NCBI GenBank assembly: GCA_010093605.1
Contig: MU004198.1
Span: 870,726 to 934,725 of the forward strand
Direction: 5' to 3'
DNA: 64,000 nucleotides
Origin: Lophium mytilinum
Lineage: Eukaryota
Shown here: piece by piece, positions 1 through 12,289 of the stretch
Position numbering within the stretch: the first letter of the stretch is position 1
How the letters are laid out: each line of letters begins with the position of its first letter
Made by a program: the position numbers and the translations under genes
Notes under the pieces: model-generated
The model's input: only the letters and a program-made list of their open reading frames with translations
Database searches by the model: none
What the model was told of the DNA's origin: nothing

Positions 1-2393
1 CGTCAGCACCAGCAGCTGCTTGGGAGCGAGTGGTGATGGATGCCAGGCAAGCAGGGCCAGGCAAGCAGGTCCAGGCAGCGTACCCTCGCCGGTGATGAGC
101 CTCTCACCACTGCATCGTGCCCCTCGGCGCCAACAACGCTGCCACGCTCGTGGACCCCAGCCCCCGGCCTCCCCGGAGGAGTGCTAGGGCGCCGCCGCTA
201 GGGACTTTGGCTTCTCCAGAATTGCTGTCGATCACCGGCGGGAAGGGGTCAGGGTTCGTTCGGCGCGTCGGCCTCATCTTGTCTCTGGCACGCTGGGGGC
301 AGCCGCCACAACACCATGCCACCAACGGGGCTGCCTAGGTCTTATCGAGGCTATCGGCTCGTGTGCTTGCCTATACGGGACTGGTCGCCGTAGTCGTGGG
401 AGCGAGCTCAGAGCCGTCATCATCGTTTCGGTAGCGAGCATGATCGTCGGTCTTTCTCGATAGCGCCATGGTCCATGGATATTAATGGCCCCTTTCCTCA
501 CGCGACGATGGCCCATCGCCCGTCACACTGCATGCTTTCTTTCCAGCGCGGTGCTGGAGGTGGTGGTGACAACCGCAGCCGTCGAATGGAGGGACGATGA
601 GACCCTGGCGCGGTGCTGGCTTTCCAAATGACATCTCATCGTCATCCGCTGCGGAGTACTTGAGGCCACCTTTCCAACACCAGCGGCGCAGCACACGATG
701 GAGCCCGGCAGAGCACGGCGGACGCGCGTTTGCCCTCGCCCTCGCAGCCGTGGCTCTGGTCGACAAAGGCGGGCCCATGGCCGCATCCACAGTGCGCTCG
801 TCTCTGACAAGGCGGCCGCCGGTGGCACTGGATTGATCCGTACAGGCAGCCGAGCAACCTTGAAAGTGTGCTGATGCGTTCCGGAACGCATCTGGCTGGC
901 GGTTGGATGCTCCCCCCGTTTCAGAGGGCGACTCCACATGGGCGAAAGAGGCAGCGTGCTTTCCATGGGCGGGTCTGGGACAGGGACGCTGTGCTGGGCT
1001 AATGTCCGCGCCTGTCGACCCCCAAGGCGGCTAGAGGGAGTCCACGGTGGTGGTTCTGCACCAGGCTGGAGAAAGTGGAGCTGCCAACGAGGCTGAAGGC
1101 TGCCCATGCGATGCCTGCGCAGGCGGCCACGGTGATTGATGCAATTTCCGTGCTACGGCTGCCGTTGCAAGTGCGACAAGCCAGCGTGCAGATGCTGAAT
1201 TGCCGCTGCGACCGCCCGTTGGTCAGCGCCTGCTGCTGGCCGGCATCTGCTGGGAATCGATTCCGTCTGGTCGCCCGCTGGGCTGGCATGGACGGCATGG
1301 ATGGCGCGGGCCTCGCAGGGCGATTCTGGAAACTGGCAAAGCCGTTCGTCTGGGAGAAGCGAATCACCAGCCGCTCCAGTGCCCATTTGCGCTGCCAGAT
1401 CGCACCAGGCAAACCATTCGGCCCCCTGTCCGGCCCTCCGCTGCCCCAAGCCCACGCACTCTGTCCGAAACCTTGCCCGCCATGGCCCAAGGCCCCTTCA
1501 TGTGGGTGCATCGACACGAGCGCTCAGCGCCCGTCGCCGTCCGTCTGCCACGCCCATCACACCTCCACCACCTCCACCCACCACCCCAGCCCGCCCTAAC
1601 GAGCCTCCTGTGCGGCGCTCCCCGTCGTACGATTGGCTTGGCCCGCCAAGCATTCATGCCCTCTCGCGCGGCTAAACAAGGGCGGGCGACGTGCCGATGC
1701 TGCCATGCACCGCGTCCTTCCTTCGTCCAACATCGACGCCGGCCTAGTTTCCAGCCTGCAAAAGGACGACTGACCGCCTCGACGACCGACCCCCATGCCC
1801 ATTGCTCGAAACCTTGCTTGCGCCCAGCTGAGTCGCCGCCGCAACGCGAACTCGGGAGTCTAGTCGCACTAACCCTCCTCGCATCGTCGTCGTGAGAGTG
1901 GTGGTTGCCGTGTCTGGGGAGGGCCCAGCACATGCGGCACAGATCCGTTGCGCCATGATACATACCCGCGCGCTGAGGTAGGCCCGTCCTGTGATTTGGT
2001 CACTATTGGTTTTCGCCGGCTGCGTCCGTTGATTGTGATTTCGTTGATCAGCTTGCTTGCGTTCCAGCCGTGCCACCCGGCTTCTCGTTACCACCCCGTT
2101 CCTCTCCCAGTGCCGCCTCTTTTTTATAGCCCCGTGTTGACTCCCGCCCCGGCTGCATGGTTGTCGTAGTCTCCGCTGGCATGAGGCCCTCCTAGCTTTT
2201 TCCTAGTCCCACACCATGACAAGCAAGACATGGTAACCTTCTCACTTCCCGTAAGGCACAGCCTGCCCAATTCGTCCTCCTTTCTTGGCTCATCATATAC
2301 CTATGCGACCCCTCCGCCTTCGGCGACCACCCCGATGCCGCACTGCCATACCACCATACTCAGCTCTCCTTTCATACAACTCACTACTATCTC

Positions 2394-3521
2394 ATGAATT
2401 TTGACCATCAACCTCTATCAATGTCTTTGGACACCAGTCCAGAGCAAGATGCTCTGGTCAACGATGTCTCAAAACAGATGGCTGCCTCACAACTCACCCG
2501 CAGATACTCTCGTAGCTCCGGAAGCCAATCTGGACGTCGACCTGCGCGAGTTGAGAAGCCTCGAAGCAACCACAACAGTCCTAGGACCTTGGAAAGAAGG
2601 AAAACAACAAGCGGAACTAAACGATATGCAACCCTCGACGACCATTACAACATGATGTTCGGTGTGGCAGGAGGAGAAGAGGGGGCTGTTGAAGACCGAC
2701 GGGAGCCGTCACGACCTTTGAGCTGGCATCCATCATCCACACATCCCCAGGGGCAATCTCGATCATCAATGCCTGTGCCACACCATGGTCAAGTTGACCC
2801 GGCACCATTCCAATCAGCTCTTTCTCGCAACTCAGGATTCGAGTCGGAGTTTGATTCGATATCCGCACGGAGCTCTGCCTACCAAGATAGCAACCCACGC
2901 TTTAGCAGCACTGCGCAAACCGAATCCAGCTGGCAGGAAGCACGCCAACAAACATCGGCCGCCACTTACAATTCGAATACCCATACGGATGGACGAGCTG
3001 GTCCGACCCCGTGGTATCTTCAGAACTGGGCAAAGATGGTCCAAGCCCAGGCACAGCGTTCAAGGCCGTCATCAATGGAGTTCCTCCCGATCCAACATCC
3101 TTCGGCCCCCACATATGGACAGAATCAGTCCGCCTTTGACGACGATGAGTCAGAAGAAGAAGACGGCGACGGAGACCTCGTTGGTATGGGCCTCTACGAT
3201 CCTCCGGAAGGAATTCAAACCTGGCAGACATCTACGTTACGTCAAGGAACAGGAAAGGGATTGAAGCTAGAAGAAACATGGCAGCCACCCGAACAGGTGG
3301 AAGATGGAGACGATGCGAGCTCGGACGACGGAAGTGTGGATGAACCACTCGTAAAGGATGAAGACCATTGGTCTTTGAAGGCAAATGAGGTGGTGCCTGC
3401 CAACATGGACGGAAAGAGCTTCTTTTTTGACGATGAGGAAACGTACACCAAAGAACCATGGTTTCAGCAAGTGAAGCAACCGACGGTGCAGGACACCGGC
3501 TTAGGATATGGATGGCTGTAA
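2394..3521 (+). CDS. Fungal hypothetical protein, 375 aa, largely disordered (S/Q/acidic-rich)
   Basis: Long single ORF. Short motif-like islands (RPLSWHP, DLVGMGLYDPP, GKGLKLEETWQPP) sit in low-complexity sequence. Confidence 0.8.
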   Translation: MNFDHQPLSMSLDTSPEQDALVNDVSKQMAASQLTRRYSRSSGSQSGRRPARVEKPRSNHNSPRTLERRKTTSGTKRYATLDDHYNMMFGVAGGEEGAVEDRREPSRPLSWHPSSTHPQGQSRSSMPVPHHGQVDPAPFQSALSRNSGFESEFDSISARSSAYQDSNPRFSSTAQTESSWQEARQQTSAATYNSNTHTDGRAGPTPWYLQNWAKMVQAQAQRSRPSSMEFLPIQHPSAPTYGQNQSAFDDDESEEEDGDGDLVGMGLYDPPEGIQTWQTSTLRQGTGKGLKLEETWQPPEQVEDGDDASSDDGSVDEPLVKDEDHWSLKANEVVPANMDGKSFFFDDEETYTKEPWFQQVKQPTVQDTGLGYGWL

Positions 3522-4251
3522 ACACGAAGGGGTGTATTCACCTCACGGCCGACGTCGACTCGACTATTTAGCACTTGATTTCAAAGCATAGCATTGGAGT
3601 TTGGGAAACTGGGATGGACTATACCCCCTCGATTGCATCGTCGAATAGCAATCTTCCTTCTAGGGACGGCACGACGCCTCAGAAGGTGGTTTACCTTTGA
3701 ATAGCCTTGAAATGAACCAATTTACACCATTGTATCCCCTGAGAAATTAGCATAAATATGTTTGACGTCCAGTTGTGATGCTCGCCGCTCTGCAGTCGAT
3801 TTCGAACGATCCGGCGAATCCCACCTGCGATAAAAGCTCTAAATCGAATGAATAAACCTTATGACCGATCCCGAAGAGTAAACTTGGCGCTGATTGGGAA
3901 TGCTCATTGCTTACATGGAACGAATTGAACGATGGTTCCACAAATGGTTAGTGGTGGTTTGTCGCCTTGTGGTTGGAGGTGGAGTTCCAATAAGAATTCA
4001 GTAAGAATAGTTTCTCCGCTCGCCTAGCCTTAGGGCCTTGGCAGACGTCCCGTCCCAGGTTCTTCATCTGCACCTATCATATCATCAATGGTAAATCTGA
4101 CGGGCTCGCAAGCCGGCACTCTACCAGATGTGCCAAGAGTCACATCGTCGCTGGCATTGCTCCTGCTGATCAGGGCTCGTCACGCCGACTGTTAGAGCGC
4201 TTTCGTTCCTAATCCGTTCGTGCTGTGACCAACGGGGAGCTCTACGAGGTC

Positions 4252-5739
4252 ATGCCGCGCTTTATAGTCACTCCATGGCGGGACCTAGCCGAGCTGATGA
4301 AGATACGAGGGCAGCTTTACCAGTTTGGAGAATTTGAACAGGATGATCGGCGACAGGAGGCTGTCAATCAGGTATTTCCTTTCTTCACAGCCTCGCGGTT
4401 CTTGACTCAAGCTCATGACTTACTGGGGGAACAGGTGCTTGCGTGGCGTACCCGAAAAGCGGATTTCCCCCTTGCTTTGGAGTCAACTTGTGTCCTAGTT
4501 GAGGCAACCGTACAGGACGGAGGGGGAGTCCTAAGCACCCATTCCGTTCGAATGCTCTACGCATCAGCCATCAGCAGGTAATGGCTCGTTTCTGTTCGCC
4601 CAACTTCTCTGCCTGGCTATGTAGGACCAATTGACATGGATCCCTAGATTTGTGACGGGATTTTGCGACACGACTCAAGACACGAGCTACAAGCAATCGA
4701 TGCACCAGAGAGCTGCGGAGCTTAAGCTCCCTCTCAGTCTAGTCGAGATCCGCCATGAAATCACTCACCGGGACCTACCGTCACTGATCCGCCTCCGTGA
4801 GAATGCGAAGAAGTCTTTGGATTGGTTGTGGCGTTGGTATTGGCTGCAACTTGAAGTCATGTTCGACACGCCCGACGAGACTACTAAACAACGAAATGTT
4901 GATGGAGCTAGAGACGACCTTCAAGTAGCCCTGAACGCTTACGTCCCCTCGAGAATTGATGACATTAGAAATAAAACTACTCAGAAATCGACCCCAGCTG
5001 AGGTTGCTCGTACGGAAATCATCAGGATATGTCAAGGGAAAGAAGAGTGTCTCCAGCTACTCGCGGAACTACTCACGACGCCAAATGGGAAGGCCAAATG
5101 CTTGATCCCAGCGGAGAAAGCGTAGGCACTCTTCCACTCGTGTCATGACCCGTGTTCTAACATTTTAGGTCTAGCTCTTCTATGGATGGTGCATATCTCA
5201 TATGGGACAAACTCCTGCTCCAACTCCATACCCACCAAGTCGGATTCCTATCAATTCTTCTAACGCAAATGGTCGACTTCCTGAGCGAACCCAGTGCGAA
5301 GAATGGCAGCTACGAGACCATAAAGGACGCCCTCTTTGAGTGGATCTTACACTTCTTATCACAAAAACCCTGGAAAGCGTGCCTCGGGAAATCTCAAATC
5401 ACGCTTACGGAAGAGGTTCTGGCAAAATGCCTACTCAGCGTCACAACATGGACTACTAAGCTTGCCGACGCTTTGGTCAAAAAGGGTGACAAAGAGTTCC
5501 AAAAAGACTGGATGCCACTTGTCGAAATTGCCGAAGGCCGCGAAGTCAACGCCGATGCCAGTTTGACAAGCACGCCTACAAAGGGCACTGAGGCGCTTCC
5601 AGCGCGCAAAGGCTGGACAAAACGCCGCGGGCTATGGCCGCAATCTGCAATCGGCGCGCTACCGCAGGAGACTGACTATCAAAATCAGCTCGCTGTAAAC
5701 AAGCTGATAGAGGAGGCTGGGAATGAGGAGGTCGAGTAG
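4252..5739 (+). CDS. LAS1: Las1 pre-rRNA (ITS2) HEPN endoribonuclease, 4 exons
   Basis: N-terminus MPRFIVTPWR, then LPxALEST-like (FPLALEST), LYASAISRFVTG and the HEPN motif RHEITH followed by LPSL..WLWRWYW. Introns at about 4372-4434, 4578-4648 and 5122-5168. Confidence 0.9.
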
Positions 5740-6458
5740 GCGTATCGAAGTCCTTCCACGAGCTATGAACCTACCCAATATCGAGGAGTACCCAGCGTGA
5801 CCTGTGATGTATAGAAAATTGCAATGGCTAGGTCTTGTAAGCAATGTATCAAATTCCAAGTCTTACGCTTGCTTACCAAGTCTAAACAGATAGTCCTGGA
5901 ATAAAGATTTTGCACTCTAGATCTTGATGTCGCTTGACAGGTTTTTGATAATGCAATGGAGCACCCTGGAAGACGGCGATACACGTCGAGAAGTGTTTGG
6001 AGCAACTTTGAATTTATTACACTCTCTGTCGTTTTACACCCTGTCTGTCCGATCTTCGAAAATGCACCGAAGCACCTCAGAGGCGACGTGTTATGGACTT
6101 ATGTCCAGGCATTACAATTCGACATATTCCAAGCATGTGTAGTATAAACTTCATCTCATACAGCCTTTGTCGGACATCGTTCTTCGTTAGCGGTGTAAAA
6201 TGTTTACTCCTTAGGCTTTCTACTCCGATCGAGACAATAGGATACTATCACGTTGTGCACCGTGTGAATTGAGCTCTGGTTCAAATGATGATTCTAACAC
6301 CATGACGTTGTCTGAGGTCCCTCGACGTACCATCAAAAATCCCAATATCATGGCAATCCCTCACACGCCAAATTAAAACGACTTCTCCACGCTTTTGACA
6401 CCCAAATCCTAATACTCAAACTCCCCCCACCCACCCAACGCCAAATCCTCTAACGTCC

Positions 6459-7655
6459 TCATAACATAGCATCCGGATCCGGCTGCCAAAGCAAAAGATC
6501 CTTATCCGCGCTTACGATCAAATTATGCCGCTGATTATACCCCACGACCGCCGCCCTGCCCTGCCCAGGGAGGTCCGTCGTCGGATGCAGCACATTATCA
6601 GCAGCCGGATCCTTGCTGATATCCCACACCAGCAACCCCTCCTCCCCAGAGCCGCCGATCACAGACTTCCCATCTGGGCTCACGCACACGTCGCCCTGCC
6701 CCGTGGGAGCCCCCCCCGCCGCTCCCTCGCCCGGCGCTGCGCGCCCGCTCGGCCCGCCCTTGCGATAGCAGAAGTGGCTGATCTCCCCGGAGAAGGCGTC
6801 GAGGACGAAGTGGCCGGCGCCAGTGGTGCCGACGAGCAGGCTCTTGCCGTCGTTGGTGAATTCCAGCTTGGACCAGCCGCCGCCGGCGCGGCCGAGGAAG
6901 CGCTGCTCTAGCGCTTGCATGTCGAAGGTCGCGAAGGGGGGTTTGTCGTAGTTGCGTAGGTCGTAGAGGAGGATGGAGTGGGTGGGGGGCGAGGCGATGG
7001 CGATGACGGAGGCGGAGGGGTCGTAGGTGGCTAAGTAGGGCGCGTGTAGCTTTAGCATCCCTTGGTAGTTGCCGGATTGCAGCGTCCATAGGCGCACGGT
7101 GTTGTCGGCGGAGCAGGAGAGGAAGGTGTCGGAGCTTGGGCATAGGGAAATGCTGGTTACGGTGTCGGTGTGGCCTTTGAAGTAGCGGATGTAGGAATTG
7201 TCGTGGGTGGAGACGAAGCGGAGGTTGTCTGTGTAGCATCATGTCAGAAGAGTATCTTTTTGATAATTTCGAATTGTTTGAGAAGTGGTGATACGTACGG
7301 TCTACCTTCGTACTGGCATATACCACACTCTGCGCATGATGCGAGAAGCGCGCCAGATGCACGCCATACTTCTGGCTCTTCAGCTCCTTCGCATGCTTGC
7401 CCTCCTTGCAATTGTAAATATGCAGCGTGTCATCGTCGCGCGCTACAATGGCAAGCTCGCCGCTGTCGTCGAAATCGAGAGACGTGACCGACGTCTTGGA
7501 GTCGTCCGGCCTGAATCGCTAAAATCTGGGGTCAGACATATCCTACAATCGGGGTACAGGCGGCCTACTCTCGACGGGCGGAAGCTCGATATGACTTCGC
7601 TGACTTTCTGGGTGGGCGGCCCCGCGGCGGAGGGCGTCGCTGAGCCTGCGGCCAT
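6459..7655 (-). CDS. SWD2: WD40 subunit of COMPASS/CPF (Swd2/Cps35/WDR82), 3 exons
   Basis: ISSFRPSR start; ARFSHHAQSVVYASTK; YIRYFKGH; DPSASVIAIA..LYDLRNYDKPPF; EFTNDGKSLLV. Two introns near 7520-7570 and 7230-7298. Confidence 0.9.
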
Positions 7656-8069
7656 TTTCGGTGAAGAGATCGGGGGACGCGTGAGGCTACCGAGGTGGAG
7701 AGCGCATGTCGATTGAAATACCGCGAGGTGATCAGGTACCGTTTGCGTGCGACGCACGGTTAGCAACGGGGCAGGGCAATGGATCCTATATGCTATATGG
7801 CATGTATGTAGCTGACGGGAGTGCGAAGTGATAGCCGCATCTGTGTAGCTTCAGCACGGAGGATTTGTGAAAACTAAACTCCGGTCTCGGCAGCCTTTTG
7901 TCCTTCACCACCATCTCAGTCAGCACTGTCAGCTCTGACGCCCCCAATTCACGCTCCTTTTTGCCTTAAAGACACGTCGCCGATAAGTTTGCTACAACCA
8001 TCGAACCTGTTGGAACAGAAGCAGAAAACACTCTCTGTGAAGCTCAGAAACGGCTAGAAAAGGACTACC

Positions 8070-9239
8070 ATGTCGACAACCCTAGGGTATGCGCCGCGTG
8101 CTGGAGAGCTCTGGGAGCTTCCAGGAGACATTGGGCTGACTGAGGCGATATAGGGCATTCATCGCGGGAGGTATCGCAGCTTGCGGAGCTGTCACCGTCA
8201 CTCACGGCTTCGAAACGGTTAAGATCCGGTACATATATATATCGCCGGCTTCACGGTTTCGGTAGCTAAAGCTCCGGCAGATTACAACTCCAAGGCGAGC
8301 TTCAATCGAAAAAGGATGCGCCGCGCATGTACAGAGGCGTCTTTCACGGGGTAGGGGTCATATATAAAAACGAAGGGCCAAAGGGACTGCTACGAGGGCT
8401 AAGCTGTGCTGTAAGTCTAGTTCATTCAGGGATAAAAAGGACACCGAGCGCAGCAGCAGCTGACATATTGGCTGCAGTATATCTACCAAATGACCCTCAA
8501 TGGGTGCCGGTTAGGATTCTATGAGCCCATCCGGACCCACCTCACAAGTATGATATACAAGGACTCTACCGTGCAATCTCTCGGCATCAACATCGTTTCC
8601 GGCGCGTCATCTGGCATTCTCGGCGCCGCCGCCGGTTCTCCCTTCTTCCTGGTGAAGACGCGATTACAATCCTTCTCTCCTTTCCTACCTGTGGGCACAC
8701 AGCATCAATACAGGAACGCGTGGGATGGACTACGGCAAATCTACAAGGGCGAAGGGATCAAGGGACTGTATCGAGGGGTCGGGCCCGCTATGATACGAAC
8801 AGGTTTCGGTAGTTCAGTGCAGCTCCCAACGTACTTTTTCGCGAAGCGGCGGCTTGTGAGGCATCTAGGGATGGAGGAGGGTGTACCGCTACATCTTGCT
8901 AGCAGCGCGGCGAGCGGCTTCGTGGTGTGCTGCGTTATGCACCCGCCGGATACGGTAATGTCGCGGATGTACAACCAGACGGGGAATCTCTACAGCAGCG
9001 CTTGGGACTGTCTCGTCCGGACCGTCAAGACGGAGGGGATATTGGCGGTTTACAAGGGGTACTTTGCGCATCTTGCGCGGATATTACCACATACTGTGAG
9101 AAGGATACAGACCCAATGAAATGGAGGAATTTGCTAACAAACATAGATCCTAACGCTCAGTCTGGCAGAGCAAACGAACAAGCTTATGCGGAAATTCGAG
9201 GACCGGTACGTTTTGACAGATGCGAAGAGCATAGTATGA
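8070..9239 (+). CDS. OAC1: Mitochondrial oxaloacetate/sulfate carrier (SLC25 family), multi-exon
   Basis: FIAGGIAACGAVTVTHGFETVKIRLQLQGEL; NGCRLGFYEP; SPFFLVKTRLQS; RTGFGSSVQL; HPPDTVMSRMYNQ; RILPHT. Several short GT-AG introns. Confidence 0.9.
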
Positions 9240-12200
9240 ACTCGAAAGAGTGTAAAGGGGGCACCGACATAGCCCTTCCGACCTGTATATAATCTTTCAG
9301 CGTAGATGGTAAGCTAAGACTTGCCAATGTAGGTATTTGGAAAGAGAGGATCATGGCATATTTCGATATCGCCTTTGGATTCCGATGTCAGCTATAGAAC
9401 CCACAAATGTTACCAAGAACCTACAAGACGATACAATTCATCCCCAGTCGATGTCCTAGCTAATGTTGAGAAAAGTTTACAAGAAACAGCCCACGCACAG
9501 AAGAGAAGAATCAGTTACGTGATTGCAGGGCTACACCGCGGTCCCTAGACTACTAAACGACACGTGCAACAGCAACGAAACAGCACGGCTCGCCTTCAAC
9601 TCACAGTCACACCATCAGTCACTGTCATCCGCAAGCTTCCATCACCAGTTTGGCAAACATCAGCCCTCCTTCCCTTTCCATCTCCTGTCCACGTACATCT
9701 TACGTCTTCGCAACCTTCGCCGCAGCACAGACGTTGGGCTTCGAAACGACATGCACGGTGCTGATCTCCACGACATCACGCTTCCCGCGTGAAGAGGACT
9801 GGCTATCCGTTTGTGACCTTCCGCTACCAAGTATTGGTTCGAGCCGAGAAGCCTAGTCCAACTACCGTCTCGGCATCAGACGGGAGACGCACCACGTGAA
9901 CTTACTATATCATCCCTTCGCCACATATGTATGTACAGGGGCTTCAAAACAGACCGCACGCACATACTACTGCTCTAGAGTATGCATGTCACAGCTCCAT
10001 GTTCGTTTGCCACTCAGGGGTTTGCTTATACTGTAGGCAGAGACATACGCACGCCGCTGGCTCTGCCATCTACGTCATCTGTCGTCAAAGTTCTTCCAAT
10101 AGCACGCATACGCAGACACACACAGAGGCGAATGAATGTGGCGTTTTCGGTTTTCGAGGCTGAATGAACTGTATGAGGCAGGCTGTGCGAGCCTGGAGAA
10201 ACGCCCTGTGCACAAGAAGCAAATCAAGCACGTTGGCATTCGTCAGCATCGGAGGAGACTTCGTTCGTGATACCGATCCCCGGCCTCACCAAGGCTTTTC
10301 GTGGTTTCGAGTTACAAATGCCAACCAGACTGTCTGGGCAGTATCGTGGCTGGAGCGGTGAGGTGACGGGCCATGCGGGAATTCTATCAGAGTTGAACTG
10401 GTGACAGCGATAGAACGAAAGCAAATTCAGACTCGGATTGCCAGACTGCTGCATCTTACAGTGCCATCGCACAATTATTTAAGCGTAATACCTCGAAATG
10501 AGGCTAGGCCGAGGATCCTCCACCACTCACAGCTTTGCCAGCTCTCAGCATCACTCAGCATCCTCCAAGCCCAACACCATGTCGCACAGCAGCAGTGCAT
10601 ACTCCAAGCACTTCCCCCTGGCACCACGGGATCCAGACCCGGACGCGCCCCACTTGCGTGCCTGCTTTCCCCGCTGTCTTGCCCCGGACTCGTCTCCTCG
10701 TACTCGTGCTCTTGCGTGCAGCATCCTAGCTAGCGACGCTGCCGACCTGCCGCATTTTCTATTCTTTCATCTCGCCAGCGCAGCAACAGCACAGCACAGA
10801 GCGCGGTCACGGTGCCGTCATGTATTTAGACTCATGTGAATAATGCCGCAGGAGCAGGAGCGGGAATGGGTCCAGTCCGTCCCTATGGCTGAGAAGCGCT
10901 ACGCTACGGTCCGCGATGTGGCACTCGACCCCATGGATGCCTCGTCCGTGTGCTTCGAGAAAATTTTCAGGCCTCAAAACGCATTCCTACTCGTCGATGA
11001 CACCCAGCACAACGCGAAGGATGTGCGCTGCGACCTCCCACCATCGAACCAACTTCCAACTTCTCCCCTCCCACTCTTGACAACGACGCAGAAAGTCTCC
11101 GGTCAGCCCAGACGCCCGTGTGTCAGCAGCGAAAAAAATCTTTTTTCTCGCAGGGCTGGCTGCCAACACCACCAAAAACAGGGGCCGCTATGTCACTCTT
11201 CTGTAACCGGCCGGCCGCGCCCTGCTGATCGGCCCTCCCTCGGGCTCTGAACCACTCCCATCCATGCCCGAATTCTCTTCCTCTCCCCAGCAAAAGCCCA
11301 GCTCCGGTTTTGATCAGCCCGCACGCTGCTGAATCGCACAGGGAAAGGCGCGCTGCTTTCGGAACGCTACTGCAGATCGTGCGCATTGCGCATGGAGCGA
11401 GGCTGAACGGTGAGGGCAAAAAGCATTCAACGCCATGCCCCATCCACGACTGCCCTGTGGCCCAAACTCTTCTCTGCCTAGGGAGCCCTGCCGTGCGCTC
11501 GCGATGACTTACTCGAAGCGGCAGCCCGCTGGCCGCTCACCTGTCAATTCTCCGCACTCACGGCGGATACGGCCAAGAGGGCCGCCTGTCACTTGAGTTT
11601 TACACGTCGCTGGCTGTTCGCCAACTACCGCGGGACGCCGCGGTGGGCGAAAGATTTGGTAATGGAGGCGCGCAGGGCGTTCTCGGGGGCGTCCTGTTGC
11701 ACGTCTGTTGCTTGCGTGAGGCGTGAAGGGGCGACCAGTGGAGGAGGGCGCTGAGCGCCATCCCTGCGGCGGGCTTGTCAGATGAGCACGTCGCCCCCAG
11801 GCCTGCACGGCGAACGCCCAGGTTCTCCGCAGTTTCCGACGCAGCGGGTCAGGCCAAGTGAGGGCAAACGGTGGTGAACGGGCAATATTAGCTGCAGCCC
11901 ATCTTCCCAAGCCGCCCCCCGGCGGTACCCACTTCCCCATCCTTCGTTAAGCCTCCACTCCTCTCCTCTTCCACTTCTTCAACATTTCGTCGTCACGCTT
12001 CGCTGTCCCTATAGCAGGCGGTGATGCTGCCGGAAGGCGAGTTTTGCGTCTGCCCTCGTGCCCTCAGAGCACCGACGTGATATGCGCCGCGGCCGCGCAA
12101 CCAACAACGACGACATCGCCTGAAAACTCCAACTCGAGCAGGCACACGACACCTTGGCAACCTGCGATTCATACTGCGCCCTCTCCCATACCTCTGAAAG

Positions 12201-12289
12201 CGAACCATCACGACCGACGAAGGACCGGCGATGCTCACACCACCCGAACCGACCCTCCCGCCCACACAACCCGACAAACGGCGAAGAAA

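Noticed and set aside
104..2169. Many overlapping 70-230 aa ORFs on both strands
   Set aside because: GC-rich non-coding DNA. The products are R/P/A-rich with no motifs, so this is most likely promoter and 5' UTR sequence.
4750..4770. HEPN RxxxxH motif as a possible defence nuclease
   Set aside because: It is the normal catalytic motif of housekeeping Las1.
7655..8070. Short divergent promoters (SWD2/OAC1; also Alb1-like/USP at 57918-58336)
   Set aside because: Ordinary arrangement in compact fungal genomes.
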